A stretch of DNA of 64,000 nt from Candidatus Krumholzibacteriota bacterium (GCA_963806035.1 CAWDWO010000026.1:32001-96000); one strand, 5' to 3'. Positions 35,142 to 45,837 are shown, counted from the stretch's first letter. Numbers and translations are program-made. Notes: generated from the sequence alone by a model not told the origin.

Positions 35142-36557
35142 ATGTCTCCAAAGAACCTGATTCTGATCTGCGACGACCAGGCCACGATTCGCACTTCGCT
35201 CAAGGAGACTCTGAGCGAGGCCGGTCACGAAGTCCTGGAGGCCGCCGATGGAGCGAGCGCGTTGAAGATTCTCGGCGAGAGGCAGCCCCACCTGGTCCTG
35301 CTCGATCTGAAGCTCCCCGACACGAGCGGGGTGGAGGTGTTGCGCAAGGTGCGGGACAGCGGAAGCAGCGTGCCGGTGATTCTGATGACCGCCTACGGAG
35401 ACCTGCCGACCGCGGTGGAGGCGATGAAGCTGGGCGCCTACGACTTCGTGCAGAAGCCCTACCGCCTCTCCGACATGCGGGCCAAGGTGAGCGGCGCTCT
35501 CAAGGTGCAGAGCCGCGCGAAGGAGCGAGTCCGCGGCAAGGGCGATGCAATGGGCGGACGTTACCTCGCCATGCTTCGCTCCACTCCCTGCATGGAGGAC
35601 ATCGTCAAGAAGATCGAGAAGGTGGGCAAGAGCCGCGCGGGAAACGAAATCTCGGTTCTCATCCAGGCCGAGAGCGGTTGTGGGAAAGAACTGGTGGCGC
35701 GGGCCATCCACGAGGTGAGCCATCCCGGCGCGCCGTTCATGGAAATCAACTGCGCGGCGGTCCCCGAGAGTCTTTTGGAGAGTGAGTTGTTCGGGCACGA
35801 GAAGGGCGCCTTCACCGACGCGCGCAGCGCCAAGGAAGGTCTCTTCGAGCTGGCGGGGCAGGGCACCATCTTCCTGGACGAGATCGGCGAGATGGGCGTG
35901 ACCCTGCAGAGTCGACTGCTGCGCGTGATCGAGTACGGACGGTTCCGGCGCGTGGGCGGCAAGAGCGACAAGGAAGTCAAGGCGCGCATCGTGGCCGCGA
36001 CGAACCGTCAGCTGGACAAGGCGATCGAGAACGGGCTCTTCCGCAACGACCTGTACTACCGGCTCCAGGTCATCGAGGTGAAGATTCCCCCGCTCAGAGA
36101 ACGCCCCGGCGACTTGAGGCATCTGGTGGACGTCTTCATCGAGACCTTCAACGAGGAACTGGAACTGTCCTGCAAGCCGGCCTCCGATGCTCTGCTGGAG
36201 GTTCTGCAGTCCTATCCCTGGCCGGGCAACGTGCGCGAGCTGAGGAACATGATTCGCCGTCTCATGATCCTGGAGGAACCCGAGGAGATCACCGTCGAGA
36301 TCTTGCCCGAGCACGTACGGGCCGGGGTGAATCCGCGCGACGGACTGGCCGACGACGTGCACCGCATCGGGCGGGAGATTCTGCCCCTGGCGGCGGTCGA
36401 GAGAATCCAGCTTTTGTATACTCTGGATCAGGTGGGACAGAACAAGAGCAAGGCGGCGCGCATCCTGGGGATCTCGCGGCAGACTCTGCGCGAGAAGCTG
36501 AAGAGCTATCAGGCCCAGGAAGTGGAGGAGCCGAAGTCCGGGGAAGCTCGAGCCTGA
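35142..36557 (+). CDS. NtrC-family sigma54-dependent response regulator
   Basis: Receiver (ICDD, LLDLKLP), ESGCGKE, ESELFGHEKGAFTDA, WPGNVREL, Fis-type HTH. Confidence 0.95.
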   Translation: MSPKNLILICDDQATIRTSLKETLSEAGHEVLEAADGASALKILGERQPHLVLLDLKLPDTSGVEVLRKVRDSGSSVPVILMTAYGDLPTAVEAMKLGAYDFVQKPYRLSDMRAKVSGALKVQSRAKERVRGKGDAMGGRYLAMLRSTPCMEDIVKKIEKVGKSRAGNEISVLIQAESGCGKELVARAIHEVSHPGAPFMEINCAAVPESLLESELFGHEKGAFTDARSAKEGLFELAGQGTIFLDEIGEMGVTLQSRLLRVIEYGRFRRVGGKSDKEVKARIVAATNRQLDKAIENGLFRNDLYYRLQVIEVKIPPLRERPGDLRHLVDVFIETFNEELELSCKPASDALLEVLQSYPWPGNVRELRNMIRRLMILEEPEEITVEILPEHVRAGVNPRDGLADDVHRIGREILPLAAVERIQLLYTLDQVGQNKSKAARILGISRQTLREKLKSYQAQEVEEPKSGEARA

Positions 36558-36620
36558 TGCCTCAGCTCGCGAGCTGAAAAAGCGGGCCCGCGCGATCTTT
36601 TTTCCCGCGACGGAGACGAC

Positions 36621-38119
36621 GTGGCGCAAGCACTGGCAATCGTTCTCAGCGATGATCCGCAGTTGAGGGAGTGGGCTCTGCAGTGGCAGCTCCGCGGACT
36701 CTCTCTGCGCTTCTTCGAAGACGCGTCCGCCGCACTGGCCGCGGCGCGCGAGGGCGAAGTTTGGCTTTTCGTTTGGGACGCCCGCAGTTCGACGCATTCA
36801 CTCGAGGCGATCCTGCGGCGCATCCGCGGCCTTCCTTCCACTCCGGAGTGTCTCTTGATCTCCTCACGCGAGATCGAGGGCGTCATCTTGCCGCGCGAAA
36901 ATCTCGTGCGCGGCGAACCGCGGCGCGACGAGCTGGCCGAGCACGTGGACCGGCTCATCCTCCTGCAAGAGATCCGGCACAACAGCGGCATCGTGGGTCA
37001 GAGTCCTTCGATCCACGCGCTCATCTCGACCATTGCCCAGCTGGCGCCCCTGGAAGTTCCCGTGCTTATTCGCGGCGAGAGCGGGACGGGCAAGGAACTG
37101 GTGGCGCGCGCCCTCCACGCGAATTCCAAACGCGCCTCGGCTCCCTTCGTCTCGGTCAACGTGGGTGCGCTCACCGAGTCCCTGCTCGAGAGCGAACTCT
37201 TCGGACACGAGAAAGGGGCGTTCACCGGCGCCACGGACAGGCATGCCGGAGTCTTCGAACGCGCCAATCACGGCACACTCTTCCTGGACGAAGTGGGGGA
37301 GATGTCGCTGGCGATGCAGGTAAAGCTCTTGCGGGTTCTGGAGACGAACGAATTTCTGCGGGTGGGAGGACGAGAGACGGTTCGCACCGACATCCGGCTC
37401 ATCACCGCGACCCATCGCAGCCTGGAGGAGGGCATCGAGCGCGGACGCTTCCGCGGCGATCTCTACTACCGTCTGAAAGTGGTCAAGATCGATCTCGTTC
37501 CCCTGAGGGAGCGCAGCGAGGACATCCTCTTGCTCGCCCAGCACTTTCTCAATCTCGCGAACGAGAATCACGGACTCTCCCGCAAGGGTTTCACGCGCGA
37601 AGCTTCCGAGCGCCTGCTGCACTACGCATGGCCGGGGAACGTGCGCGAGCTGCGCAACGTGGTGCAATCGACCGCGGTACTGGGGAAGGCCAACTATCTC
37701 ACCGTCGAGGACCTGCCGAGCGAGCTCACCGATCCCGGACACGAAGCTCGTCCCTTGCCCATGGCCTACGGCGGGCAGGGACAGATCCGGGGGGCGCGGG
37801 CGATCCTCTGCTCGCGCACACGCTCTTCTCGCTGGCCGCCGACCTCAAGGAAGTTCTGCGCCGGCTCGACCAACTCGAGGCGCGAATGAGTGGAGTGGCC
37901 GGCAAGGCCGAGGGTCCCGAGCACTGGCGCAAGGATGCCTCGGTGGCCGAAGTGACCCCGATCAGGGTGGACGTCAGTGGCGACCTGGAATCGGCGGAAA
38001 AGACCGTCATTCAGGCCAGTTTGAACCAAAACGGGGGAAACCGGCGCCAGACCGCCGAGCAGCTCGGCATCAGCGAGCGCACCCTCTACCGCAAGCTGCG
38101 CCGCTACGGACTGGGATGA
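36621..38119 (+). CDS. sigma54-dependent enhancer-binding protein with degenerate receiver; frameshift near 37790 separates the HTH
   Basis: GESGTGKE, GAFTGA and WPGNVREL in one frame; GNRRQTAEQLGISERTLYRKL in another. One extra G in the G6 run 37789-94 joins them. Confidence 0.88.
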
Positions 38120-38242
38120 GAATTCGCGCTTTGGATCCGGGCTGGCGCGCACGGGGGCGCGCACGGTATACTCTCTCTAGCTGCCAATCACGTGCTGGAA
38201 TTCGACCCCTGTAGAATTTGACGTCCCTTTTGGGGAGGAACT

Positions 38243-39361
38243 GTGCGTACACTCGCCTTCTCGCGTCCGATTTCATACCTGTTGCCGCTGCTCGTGCTTT
38301 TGGCGCTGCCCAAGCCGGCTGCCGCCACGAAGTACGCCGGCGCGTTCATGGCTGATGGCGGCGGAGCGCGGGCTCTGGGAATGGGGAGCGCGTTCGTCGC
38401 GGTGGCGGACGATGCCAGCGCCACCTTCTTCAATCCCGCGGGACTCGCCGGACAAGCGAAGCGCAGTCTGCTCATCATGCACAGCGAGCGCTTCGGAAAG
38501 CTCATCAATCGGGACTTCGCGGCTTACGTTCAACCCTTGGGGGGAGACGCCGAACAGACTTTGGGTCTCACCGTCATTCGACTGGGTCTGGACAACATCC
38601 CCTTCACGGCGAACCTCACCAGCGTCTTGGACGATCCGGCCAACGGGGGCAACGGCGACGGGGTGCTGGACGACGACGAGGCGGCGCGAATTTTTCAATT
38701 CCGCGATCAGATCCAGTACAAGAGCGATCAGGAATGGGCGTTCATGGGTTCTTACGCGCGCAAGGCCGGTGCGTGGCGAGTTGGGGGAAACATCAAGGTC
38801 ATCCGGCAGAGCATCGCCGACTACAGTTCCTTCGGACTGGGGATCGATCTGGGAGTGCTGCGCAGGAACTGGTGGAAGAACCTCGACGTGGGCGTGAAGT
38901 TTCAGGACGCGACCTCGACCTACCTCTCCTGGAGCACGGGAACCAACGAGACCATCGCGCCCGTTCTGGTGCCCGGTGTCGCCTACGACTGGGTCGTCCC
39001 CTCGTGGAACCTGAGCATCCTGGCCAGCAGTGCCCTGGAGACTCACTTCGACAATCGCAACGGAGACATCCCCGAGGGCAGGGACGCCAACGGGGTGAGC
39101 GGAGCCGACCAGTTTTCCTGGAGCGGCTTGGGCATGTCCAGCGTCAGCTCGAACCTCTACCTGGGTCTCGAACTCTCGATGAGTCATCGGGTGGATTTGA
39201 GAGTGGGGAGTCACGGCGGTTTCGGGAGCGAGGACTGGACCTTCGGGGCTGGCCTCGATCTGAGGCCCCTGCGCGTGGACTACGCTTTCGCGGGTGACGA
39301 ACTCCAGCTCGACTCCTCCTCCGGTTTCACGCACCGCGTGAGTCTGGGAGTCAGCTTCTGA
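38243..39361 (+). CDS. PorV/PorQ (UPF0164, FadL-like) outer-membrane beta-barrel
   Basis: Signal peptide; GARALGMGSAFVAVADDASATFFNPAGL; ends DYAF...THRVSLGVSF. Confidence 0.85.
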   Translation: MRTLAFSRPISYLLPLLVLLALPKPAAATKYAGAFMADGGGARALGMGSAFVAVADDASATFFNPAGLAGQAKRSLLIMHSERFGKLINRDFAAYVQPLGGDAEQTLGLTVIRLGLDNIPFTANLTSVLDDPANGGNGDGVLDDDEAARIFQFRDQIQYKSDQEWAFMGSYARKAGAWRVGGNIKVIRQSIADYSSFGLGIDLGVLRRNWWKNLDVGVKFQDATSTYLSWSTGTNETIAPVLVPGVAYDWVVPSWNLSILASSALETHFDNRNGDIPEGRDANGVSGADQFSWSGLGMSSVSSNLYLGLELSMSHRVDLRVGSHGGFGSEDWTFGAGLDLRPLRVDYAFAGDELQLDSSSGFTHRVSLGVSF

Positions 39362-39371
39362 GAGGACCACG

Positions 39372-40001
39372 GTGCGCATCACCGCTCCGCGCATACTCGC
39401 GATCACGCCGGCGGATCAGGATCCCCTCCAACTGCGCGAGCTGTTATCCCAACTGCATGGATTGGTGGACGCGGTGCAGCTGCGCTGGCCGCGCATGAGT
39501 GCGCGCGATCTCTACACGCACGCCCGATCCCTCGCGCAAGTGACAAGGCGCCCCGCCCTCATCCTGAACGAACGCGCCGACATCGCCCGGGCCAGCGGGC
39601 TCGAAGGTGTTCAGCTACGGGATGACGGGATCGCGCCCTCCGACTTAGCTCCTTCGCTGCGCCCCGCGCTGGTGGGCGTCAGCCGTCACGGGCTGAGTGG
39701 TCTGCGCAGGCTCGAGGGGGCGGACTACGCGCTGCTCTCGCCCATCTTCGCCACGGCCAGCAAACCCGGAGCGACTCCTCTGGGACTTGCCGGACTGAAG
39801 CGCCTCGCCAAGGAGACCCGCTGTCCTCTGCTCGCTCTGGGAGGGATTCAGCCGGAAGATCTTGGACCGCTGCTGCGCCACGGAGCGCACGGAGTGGCCG
39901 TGCTCAGTGGGATTCTGGGCGCGGCCGATCCAGCGGCGCGCGCCCGGAAATATCGCGAAGCGCTAGTGGCGGCCCTGCGTGAGGAGCGCGCGGAAAGTTG
40001 A
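39372..40001 (+). CDS. thiE: Thiamine-phosphate synthase / TenI family protein
   Basis: VQLR, ILNERADIA, GVSRH, GADY, PIFATASKPG, ALGGI, GVAVLSGI. Confidence 0.8.
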   Translation: MRITAPRILAITPADQDPLQLRELLSQLHGLVDAVQLRWPRMSARDLYTHARSLAQVTRRPALILNERADIARASGLEGVQLRDDGIAPSDLAPSLRPALVGVSRHGLSGLRRLEGADYALLSPIFATASKPGATPLGLAGLKRLAKETRCPLLALGGIQPEDLGPLLRHGAHGVAVLSGILGAADPAARARKYREALVAALREERAES

Positions 40002-40013
40002 GCGCGTCGCCGC

Positions 40014-41957
40014 TCAGTTCGACATCATCTCACGAATCTGCAAGTGATCGCCCGGGAAGATCCTGGACTTGCTGTCGAGGTTGTTCCAGCGCAACAGGTC
40101 GGTGAGCTGGATGCGGAAGCGACGGCTGATCGCGCTGAGAGTGTCTCCCTTGCGCACGGTGTAACTCGAGCTTCCGGTGTTCGCGGAAGCGAGCAAGCGC
40201 GCTCCCTCGACCTTCTTTCCCTCCGGTACGTGCAGGACGAGTTCCTGTCCCGGAAAGATGCGGTCGTGGCGGATGGAATTGATGCGACGGATCGACGCGA
40301 CGGTGCAGCCGCTCTCGCGGGCGATCTGAACCAGGGTATCGCCGCGGCGCACTTTGTAGGACCAAGCCGCCTGATCCGGCGGAGGCGGAGCGATCGAGCT
40401 GCGAGAGGACCCCCGCGAACTCGTCTCCGCAATCTGCACTCCACGCGGATAGGGGATGGTCAACACGCGGCCCGCGCGGATGCGGCGGGCATTGCTGATG
40501 CCGTTGATCTGCATGATCGAATGAACCGAAGTGTGGTAGCGGCGCGCGATCAAGCCCAGGGTCTCTCCGCGACGCAGGCGATGCTTGCGCCAGGTGATGC
40601 GTTCGTCTTCGGGAATCTTCGCCAGGGCTTCCATGGCGCCATCCGCCTCTCCCGCGGGTACGCGCAAACCGTAGTCCTTGCGCCCGGGAGGCGTGACCCC
40701 GGCCAAGAGTTGCGGATTGAGCGCGCGTAGGTCCGAGGTCGAAATTCCGGTGGCCTTGGACACCTGGCTCAGGCTGTAGGCGTCGTCCAGGGAGAGCCGG
40801 TCGAAGGCGAGCGGCTCTCCCTCGATGCCCTCGAAACCGTATTTCTCGGGGTTGCGGACGATGCGCGCGGCCGCGATGAACTTGGGCACGTACTCGCGCG
40901 TTTCGCGCGGCAGGCGCATGGTCCAGTAGTCGGCCTCTCCGGAGAGACCGATGGCGCGCTGGATGCGGTACTCCCCCGAGTTGTACGCGGCGAGCGCGAG
41001 CGCCCAGTCCTGGAACATGCGGTGCAAGAGCGCGAAGTGTTTCGCCGCGGCCCGGGTCGACATCTCGATGTCCCTGCGCTCATCGATCCACTCGTCCACC
41101 TGCAGTCCGCGGTGGCGCGCGGTGCTGCGCATGAACTGCCACCAACCCACCGCGCCCGCGCGGCTGCGGATCTTGGGCTGCAGCCCCGATTCGATCATGG
41201 CCGCGCACACCAATTCGCTGGGAAGGTTCTCTTCCTCCAAAATGGATGCCATGGTCGGACCGACGCGCTGGTAGCGGGCCAGCCAACGGCTGAACTGCGG
41301 GCGCCCTCGACCCTGGTAGTACTGCATCCACTTCTCGACCTTGGGATTGTCCACCGCCAAAAGAGCGTCCAGTGAACCCGAATCGGGTTGGCTCTCCTCT
41401 TGCGGCAAGAGGAACCCGGGCAGTCCATAGCGCGTCTGCAGACTGTCGTAGACATCCTCCAGGCTCTGGTCGATGGGAGCGTAGCTCTCCTTGAAGAAGC
41501 GCTCCTCGGCCAGGATTTCGCTGTAGTAATCCAGCTTGCGTCTCAGGGAGGAGAGATACAGGACGGCCAGGCTGTCGTCATCGGCGGCCTGGATACCCTC
41601 CAGACCCTGCTTGAGCAAGAGGAAGTGTTCCTCGGCAAGATCGAGCTGATCCTGGCTGTAGGCCTCGCTGCCGTGGCGGTAGAGCTCCTCGAGGGGCTCG
41701 AAATCGGGGTGGGAGCGCAGGATCTTGTCCTGCAGGCTCTCGTCCACCAGCGCGGGCTGATCGAGGGTGAGCGAATCCGCGAAATCCAGAGTCGAGTCGT
41801 CCTCCGCCGGGGCCTGGACGAGCTCCGTATTCAGCGCGGGTTGCGCAGCGGGGGGCGAAGTTGCGCATCCGCCAACCGCGAGCGCAAGAATGAGAGCCAG
41901 TCCGCCAAGGGAGAGGCGTGAGATGGATGAGCCGTGTCGTTGCGCAAAATTTCCCAT
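40014..41957 (-). CDS. mltD: MltD-like lytic transglycosylase with LysM repeats (lipoprotein)
   Basis: Lipobox AVGGC; AMIESG, GAVGWWQFM, LAAYNSGE, ETREYVPK; three C-terminal LysM repeats. Confidence 0.9.
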   Translation of the reverse strand: MGNFAQRHGSSISRLSLGGLALILALAVGGCATSPPAAQPALNTELVQAPAEDDSTLDFADSLTLDQPALVDESLQDKILRSHPDFEPLEELYRHGSEAYSQDQLDLAEEHFLLLKQGLEGIQAADDDSLAVLYLSSLRRKLDYYSEILAEERFFKESYAPIDQSLEDVYDSLQTRYGLPGFLLPQEESQPDSGSLDALLAVDNPKVEKWMQYYQGRGRPQFSRWLARYQRVGPTMASILEEENLPSELVCAAMIESGLQPKIRSRAGAVGWWQFMRSTARHRGLQVDEWIDERRDIEMSTRAAAKHFALLHRMFQDWALALAAYNSGEYRIQRAIGLSGEADYWTMRLPRETREYVPKFIAAARIVRNPEKYGFEGIEGEPLAFDRLSLDDAYSLSQVSKATGISTSDLRALNPQLLAGVTPPGRKDYGLRVPAGEADGAMEALAKIPEDERITWRKHRLRRGETLGLIARRYHTSVHSIMQINGISNARRIRAGRVLTIPYPRGVQIAETSSRGSSRSSIAPPPPDQAAWSYKVRRGDTLVQIARESGCTVASIRRINSIRHDRIFPGQELVLHVPEGKKVEGARLLASANTGSSSYTVRKGDTLSAISRRFRIQLTDLLRWNNLDSKSRIFPGDHLQIREMMSN

Positions 41958-42089
41958 CGTGCCCTGAGAGGTCGAAAGTTGACTGTGAAGAAGGTGATTT
42001 GGACACACCCTACGGTTATATGCCTCAGGAGGGCAAGGAAGCTTTGTGCCGAAGTGGGCGGCTGGCTGTGTTAAGATCAATGCGCTGAG

Positions 42090-43436
42090 GTGGGACACAT
42101 CGCATCGCGCTGGATCGACATCATGAGGCATCAGCTGCAACGCGTTGACTTAAAGCGTTTTCTAGAATCTGAGGTCCCCCTCGAGTGTCTACGGAGCGGC
42201 CTGCGCGAGCAGGTCGAGTCCGCACTCACCGAGGGAGGGGAGCTGTACGCGCTCACCAGGCGCGTGGTGGCGGAACTGCGCGAACTCGGGCTTCTGCGTC
42301 CGGTGGGCCGGCTGCGCGAGGGCCGGCGCAACGTCACGCTCTACGCGGTGGAAGGCTCGCCCCGCGCGTACGATCTGCGTCCTCTCTTGACCTCCGCGGC
42401 CCAGGTGGATGCCGAACCCGTCCCTGACCCCTCCCGCGAGCCGAAGCCAGACCCCACCGAGCCTCCGCGCGCGAAGCGGCCCCTGGAGGGTGAGACCCCG
42501 GCGCTGGAGCCCTCGGTGGGAGCGGTGACCCTGGCCGCCATCCGCGGCACCTTCCAGCGCGACTGGATCAGCTACGGGCTGGACGCCAGCCTGGAGAATC
42601 TCATTCGCGCCCTGCGCAACTCGCTCGGAGATCCCACGCTCCGTTTGTTGCTCTGGGGCGAACGCCTGCCCCGGCAGCTCGGCCAGGGGCGCGGATGGCA
42701 GTTGGCCACGCGCGGAGACAGCCTGAGTCTCGCCCTCGAGCGGGCCCAGGCCGGCGCCCTTCCCGCCGGGGGGATCGTGGCGCAGGGATCACGTTGGTAT
42801 CCGCTGTGGCTCGACGATCAACTCGTGGGGGCTCTGGGCGCGGATCCCAAGCTCGAGCCGGCGTTGGTGGAGCAAGCGGCGGGGGCGGCGGGAGATCTGA
42901 TCGCGGCGGTGGGCCGCAGTCAGCGCCGGGTGTTCAACGATCCTCTGACGGGCGTGCACAATCGCGGCTTTTTCGATCGGCAGTTCTCGGTGGAGATGGA
43001 GCGCAGCCGGCGCTCCGGCGAGCCCCTGGGTCTGCTCTTCGCGGACCTCGACCTCTTCAAGAACATCAATGACGAATACGGCCATGAGGCCGGCGACATG
43101 GTCCTGCGCAACGTGGCTTCGTTGCTCGTCGCGCAGCTGCGTCGCATCGACTACGTCTTCCGCTACGGAGGAGAAGAGTTCGCGATTCTGCTACCGGGAA
43201 CCGATCTGGAGGAGTCCGCGCGCACCGCGCGCCGTCTGTGCAGCGCGGTCGAGGCATCCGAGCTCAGACTCGAGGGCGACGTGATCTTGCACGTGAGCTT
43301 GAGCATCGGTGTGGCGGTGTTCCCCGAGCACGCGGACGATGAACGCGTTCTGATGCGACGAGCGGATCTGGCGATGTATCAGGCCAAACAAGAGGGACGC
43401 AATTGCGTGCGGTTGTGGGGGAGCAACGGACCCTGA
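42090..43436 (+). CDS. Diguanylate cyclase (GGDEF domain)
   Basis: DPLTGVHNR, DLDLFKNINDEYGH, RRID I-site, RYGGEEF, ADLAMYQAK..GRN. Confidence 0.93.
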   Translation: MGHIASRWIDIMRHQLQRVDLKRFLESEVPLECLRSGLREQVESALTEGGELYALTRRVVAELRELGLLRPVGRLREGRRNVTLYAVEGSPRAYDLRPLLTSAAQVDAEPVPDPSREPKPDPTEPPRAKRPLEGETPALEPSVGAVTLAAIRGTFQRDWISYGLDASLENLIRALRNSLGDPTLRLLLWGERLPRQLGQGRGWQLATRGDSLSLALERAQAGALPAGGIVAQGSRWYPLWLDDQLVGALGADPKLEPALVEQAAGAAGDLIAAVGRSQRRVFNDPLTGVHNRGFFDRQFSVEMERSRRSGEPLGLLFADLDLFKNINDEYGHEAGDMVLRNVASLLVAQLRRIDYVFRYGGEEFAILLPGTDLEESARTARRLCSAVEASELRLEGDVILHVSLSIGVAVFPEHADDERVLMRRADLAMYQAKQEGRNCVRLWGSNGP

Positions 43437-43553
43437 GCGCGCGCCCCTGAGCTGGGATGCGTTCGCGCACTCGCTGCGCTATTCTCTCTTTTGTCTTCGC
43501 GCGCCTCCTAAATTTTTTCGCGAGTCTCCCCGTAGCGGCCACGCCGGCCGCGC

Positions 43554-45764
43554 GTGGTGCAACCCCTCTGGTGTCTTTTTCTGGCCATCCTCTTGGGACA
43601 CGCCGTGGCGGGTCCGCGGGTCGAACTCTGCGCGCGGGCGATGGCGCTCGCGATCTTTCTGCTGCTCTTCTTCAGGGAACGCGCCCAGAGCCGGAGCTGG
43701 TTGCTGGGGCTCTTCTTGGGCTTGGCCGGTGGATTGCGCTTGCAGTCCGAGCTGCGCGCCCTGCGCGCGTGGGATGGTTATTCGGGAAGCGCGCGCGTCA
43801 TGGTAGCCCGCAGCAGCCCCCGAGGAAGCGAGCTCTGGCTGCGTGGGCCAAAACTTCCCGTGGTGCGGGCGCGCGTGAGTGGGCTTTCGGGGATCGGGCG
43901 GGGAGCGAGGACGCGCGTGGCGCTGCGGTGCTGGTTGCCCAAGGCGCGGCGCAATCCCGACGATACCGACCGCTTGCGGGCGGGCCTGGCGCGGCCGCCT
44001 CTTCTGCGGGCGAAGCTCTTGGAATCCGCGCACTGGCTAGGGCCAAGGAGGCCGCCCCCCAGGGGGCTGCGCGAAGCGTTGCGTCGCGCTCTGCGCGCAA
44101 GACTGCAGCCGACGATGGGCGAGGGAAGCGCTCTGTGGTCGGCTCTGCTTTTGGGCGACCGGCAAGATTTGAGCGAGGGAGCGCGCGAACGCTTCCGCCA
44201 CTTGGGCCTGGCTCACATGCTGGCCCTCAGCGGTCTGCACGTGGGTCTGGTTGCTCTCCTTCTCTTGCGGCTGAGCCGGCGCAGCCGGCAGAACGCGAGC
44301 GCCTGGATCCTGCTTCCGCTCGGCGCGTGGGCGCTGGCGGCCGGGCTCTCCCCCTCGCTCTTGCGCGCGGTGGCCATTCTGGCCTGGCTGATCGGCGGCA
44401 AAAGCCAAGGGCGAATGCGAAGGCCGGTCGATGGTCTGGCCGCCGCGGGGATCCTGGAGCTTCTGCTGCGGCCCGAGAGCGTCGCCGCGCTGGGGTGGTG
44501 GCTGAGTTACGCCGCGACACTGGCCCTTCTGCGGGTGGCCCAACATCTGCCGCGAAGCCGCGTGCTCGCGGCGCTGGTGGCGGTGACGGTGGCTCCCCTG
44601 GGAACGCTGCCCTGGACGCTGGGAGTCTTTGGTCGGTTGCCCTTGGCCGCGCCGCTGTGGAACCTGCTCCTGGGCCCTCTCTTCGCCCTGCTCATGGGCG
44701 CGGGATGCCTGCTGGTCCTGGTGGCTCTCGTTCTGCCGCCATGTGCTCCAGCAAGTCTAACGATTCTAGCTGTTTGTACTCATGGCTTCGGGTATTTATT
44801 GAAGCTGGTGGCCGCCGTGGATCCGGGCGGCCTGGGCCACCCGGGACTGCACGGCTGGGCCTGGGTGCTGGCCCTCGGTGGCGCGGGACTTTTGTTGCTT
44901 CCCGATCTGCGCATCCCCTTGGCACGGCGGCTGGCGGCGGTGGCCTGCCTGCTCGTGCTCGTGCACGCGCGCGCCTTCCTGGCCCCGGGGGCGAGCTGGT
45001 GGAGTCTGGACGTGGGGCAGGGGGACGGAGGGGTGCTGCGCGTGGGGCGCGCGAGCTGCCTGGTGATCGACTGCGGTCCGGGGCCCTGGCACGGCGGGCC
45101 GGAGCGCGTGATCTCGCCCTATCTCTCGCGGCGCAATCTGCGGGGAGCGTCGCTGCTGGTGACCCACGGGCATCGCGACCACTACGGGGGCGCGCTCGCT
45201 CTGCTGCATTCGGGCCGCATCGCCGCGCTCTATTTGGGAGCGGTGGAGCGAGGACGCCCGTGGACTGCGCCCATTCTGGCCGCGGCCCAGCGCGCGCGGG
45301 TTGCCGTGCATTGGTTCGCCCGCGGGGATTCGTTGAAGGTGGGCCAGTGGACCCTGCGTTGTCTGTGGCCCACCAAGACGGCCGGCGACTTCAGCACCAA
45401 CAACCGCAGCGTGGTCCTGAGGGGCGGACCCGCCTTCGCGCCGATCTTGTGGACAGGGGATCTGGAGAGGGAAGCCGAAGCGAAGCTGCTCGCCACGCAG
45501 CAAAAATTGCGCTGTGAGGTGTTGAAGGTGGCGCATCACGGCTCCAAAACCGGCACCTCCGACGCGCTGCTCGCGCGGCTTGAAGGAAGCGTCGCGCTCA
45601 TCTCCTGCGGAGTGGGCAACCGCTATCACCACCCGCATGCGCCGACTCTCGCAGCTCTGCGCGCGCACGCCTGGCGGGTGTTGCGCACGGACCGCCAAGG
45701 GGCGGTGGGAGTCCGTTGGTGGGCCCACCGCCTGCAAATTCGCAGCGTGGGGCCGTCGCCTTGA
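43554..45764 (+). CDS. comEC: DNA internalization competence protein ComEC/Rec2
   Basis: HMLALSGLHVG, SPSLLRA, LDVGQGD, THGHRDHYGG, LKVAHHGS, NRYHHP, RTDRQG. Confidence 0.92.
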   Translation: MVQPLWCLFLAILLGHAVAGPRVELCARAMALAIFLLLFFRERAQSRSWLLGLFLGLAGGLRLQSELRALRAWDGYSGSARVMVARSSPRGSELWLRGPKLPVVRARVSGLSGIGRGARTRVALRCWLPKARRNPDDTDRLRAGLARPPLLRAKLLESAHWLGPRRPPPRGLREALRRALRARLQPTMGEGSALWSALLLGDRQDLSEGARERFRHLGLAHMLALSGLHVGLVALLLLRLSRRSRQNASAWILLPLGAWALAAGLSPSLLRAVAILAWLIGGKSQGRMRRPVDGLAAAGILELLLRPESVAALGWWLSYAATLALLRVAQHLPRSRVLAALVAVTVAPLGTLPWTLGVFGRLPLAAPLWNLLLGPLFALLMGAGCLLVLVALVLPPCAPASLTILAVCTHGFGYLLKLVAAVDPGGLGHPGLHGWAWVLALGGAGLLLLPDLRIPLARRLAAVACLLVLVHARAFLAPGASWWSLDVGQGDGGVLRVGRASCLVIDCGPGPWHGGPERVISPYLSRRNLRGASLLVTHGHRDHYGGALALLHSGRIAALYLGAVERGRPWTAPILAAAQRARVAVHWFARGDSLKVGQWTLRCLWPTKTAGDFSTNNRSVVLRGGPAFAPILWTGDLEREAEAKLLATQQKLRCEVLKVAHHGSKTGTSDALLARLEGSVALISCGVGNRYHHPHAPTLAALRAHAWRVLRTDRQGAVGVRWWAHRLQIRSVGPSP

Positions 45765-45789
45765 CGCTGTGAGAGGGCGGCATTATGCT
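45761..45789 (+). promoter_or_regulatory. sigma70 promoter of purC-purH-guaA
   Basis: TTGACG-N17-TATGCT. Confidence 0.6.
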
Positions 45790-45837
45790 GCCGCCGCGCA
45801 CACGCGGGAATTCCCCATCTTTGGAAAGAGATCGAGC

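Noticed and set aside
39362..40001. TPP riboswitch or thiamine operon
   Set aside because: Only 10 nt separate it from the upstream gene and no other thi genes are nearby.
43457..45517. 686-aa plus-strand ORF overlapping comEC
   Set aside because: Ala/Arg/Gly-rich off-frame translation; the ComEC motifs are in the 43554 frame.
45790..45837. ZTP or purine riboswitch before purC-purH
   Set aside because: The leader after the predicted promoter is under 50 nt and lacks the consensus.
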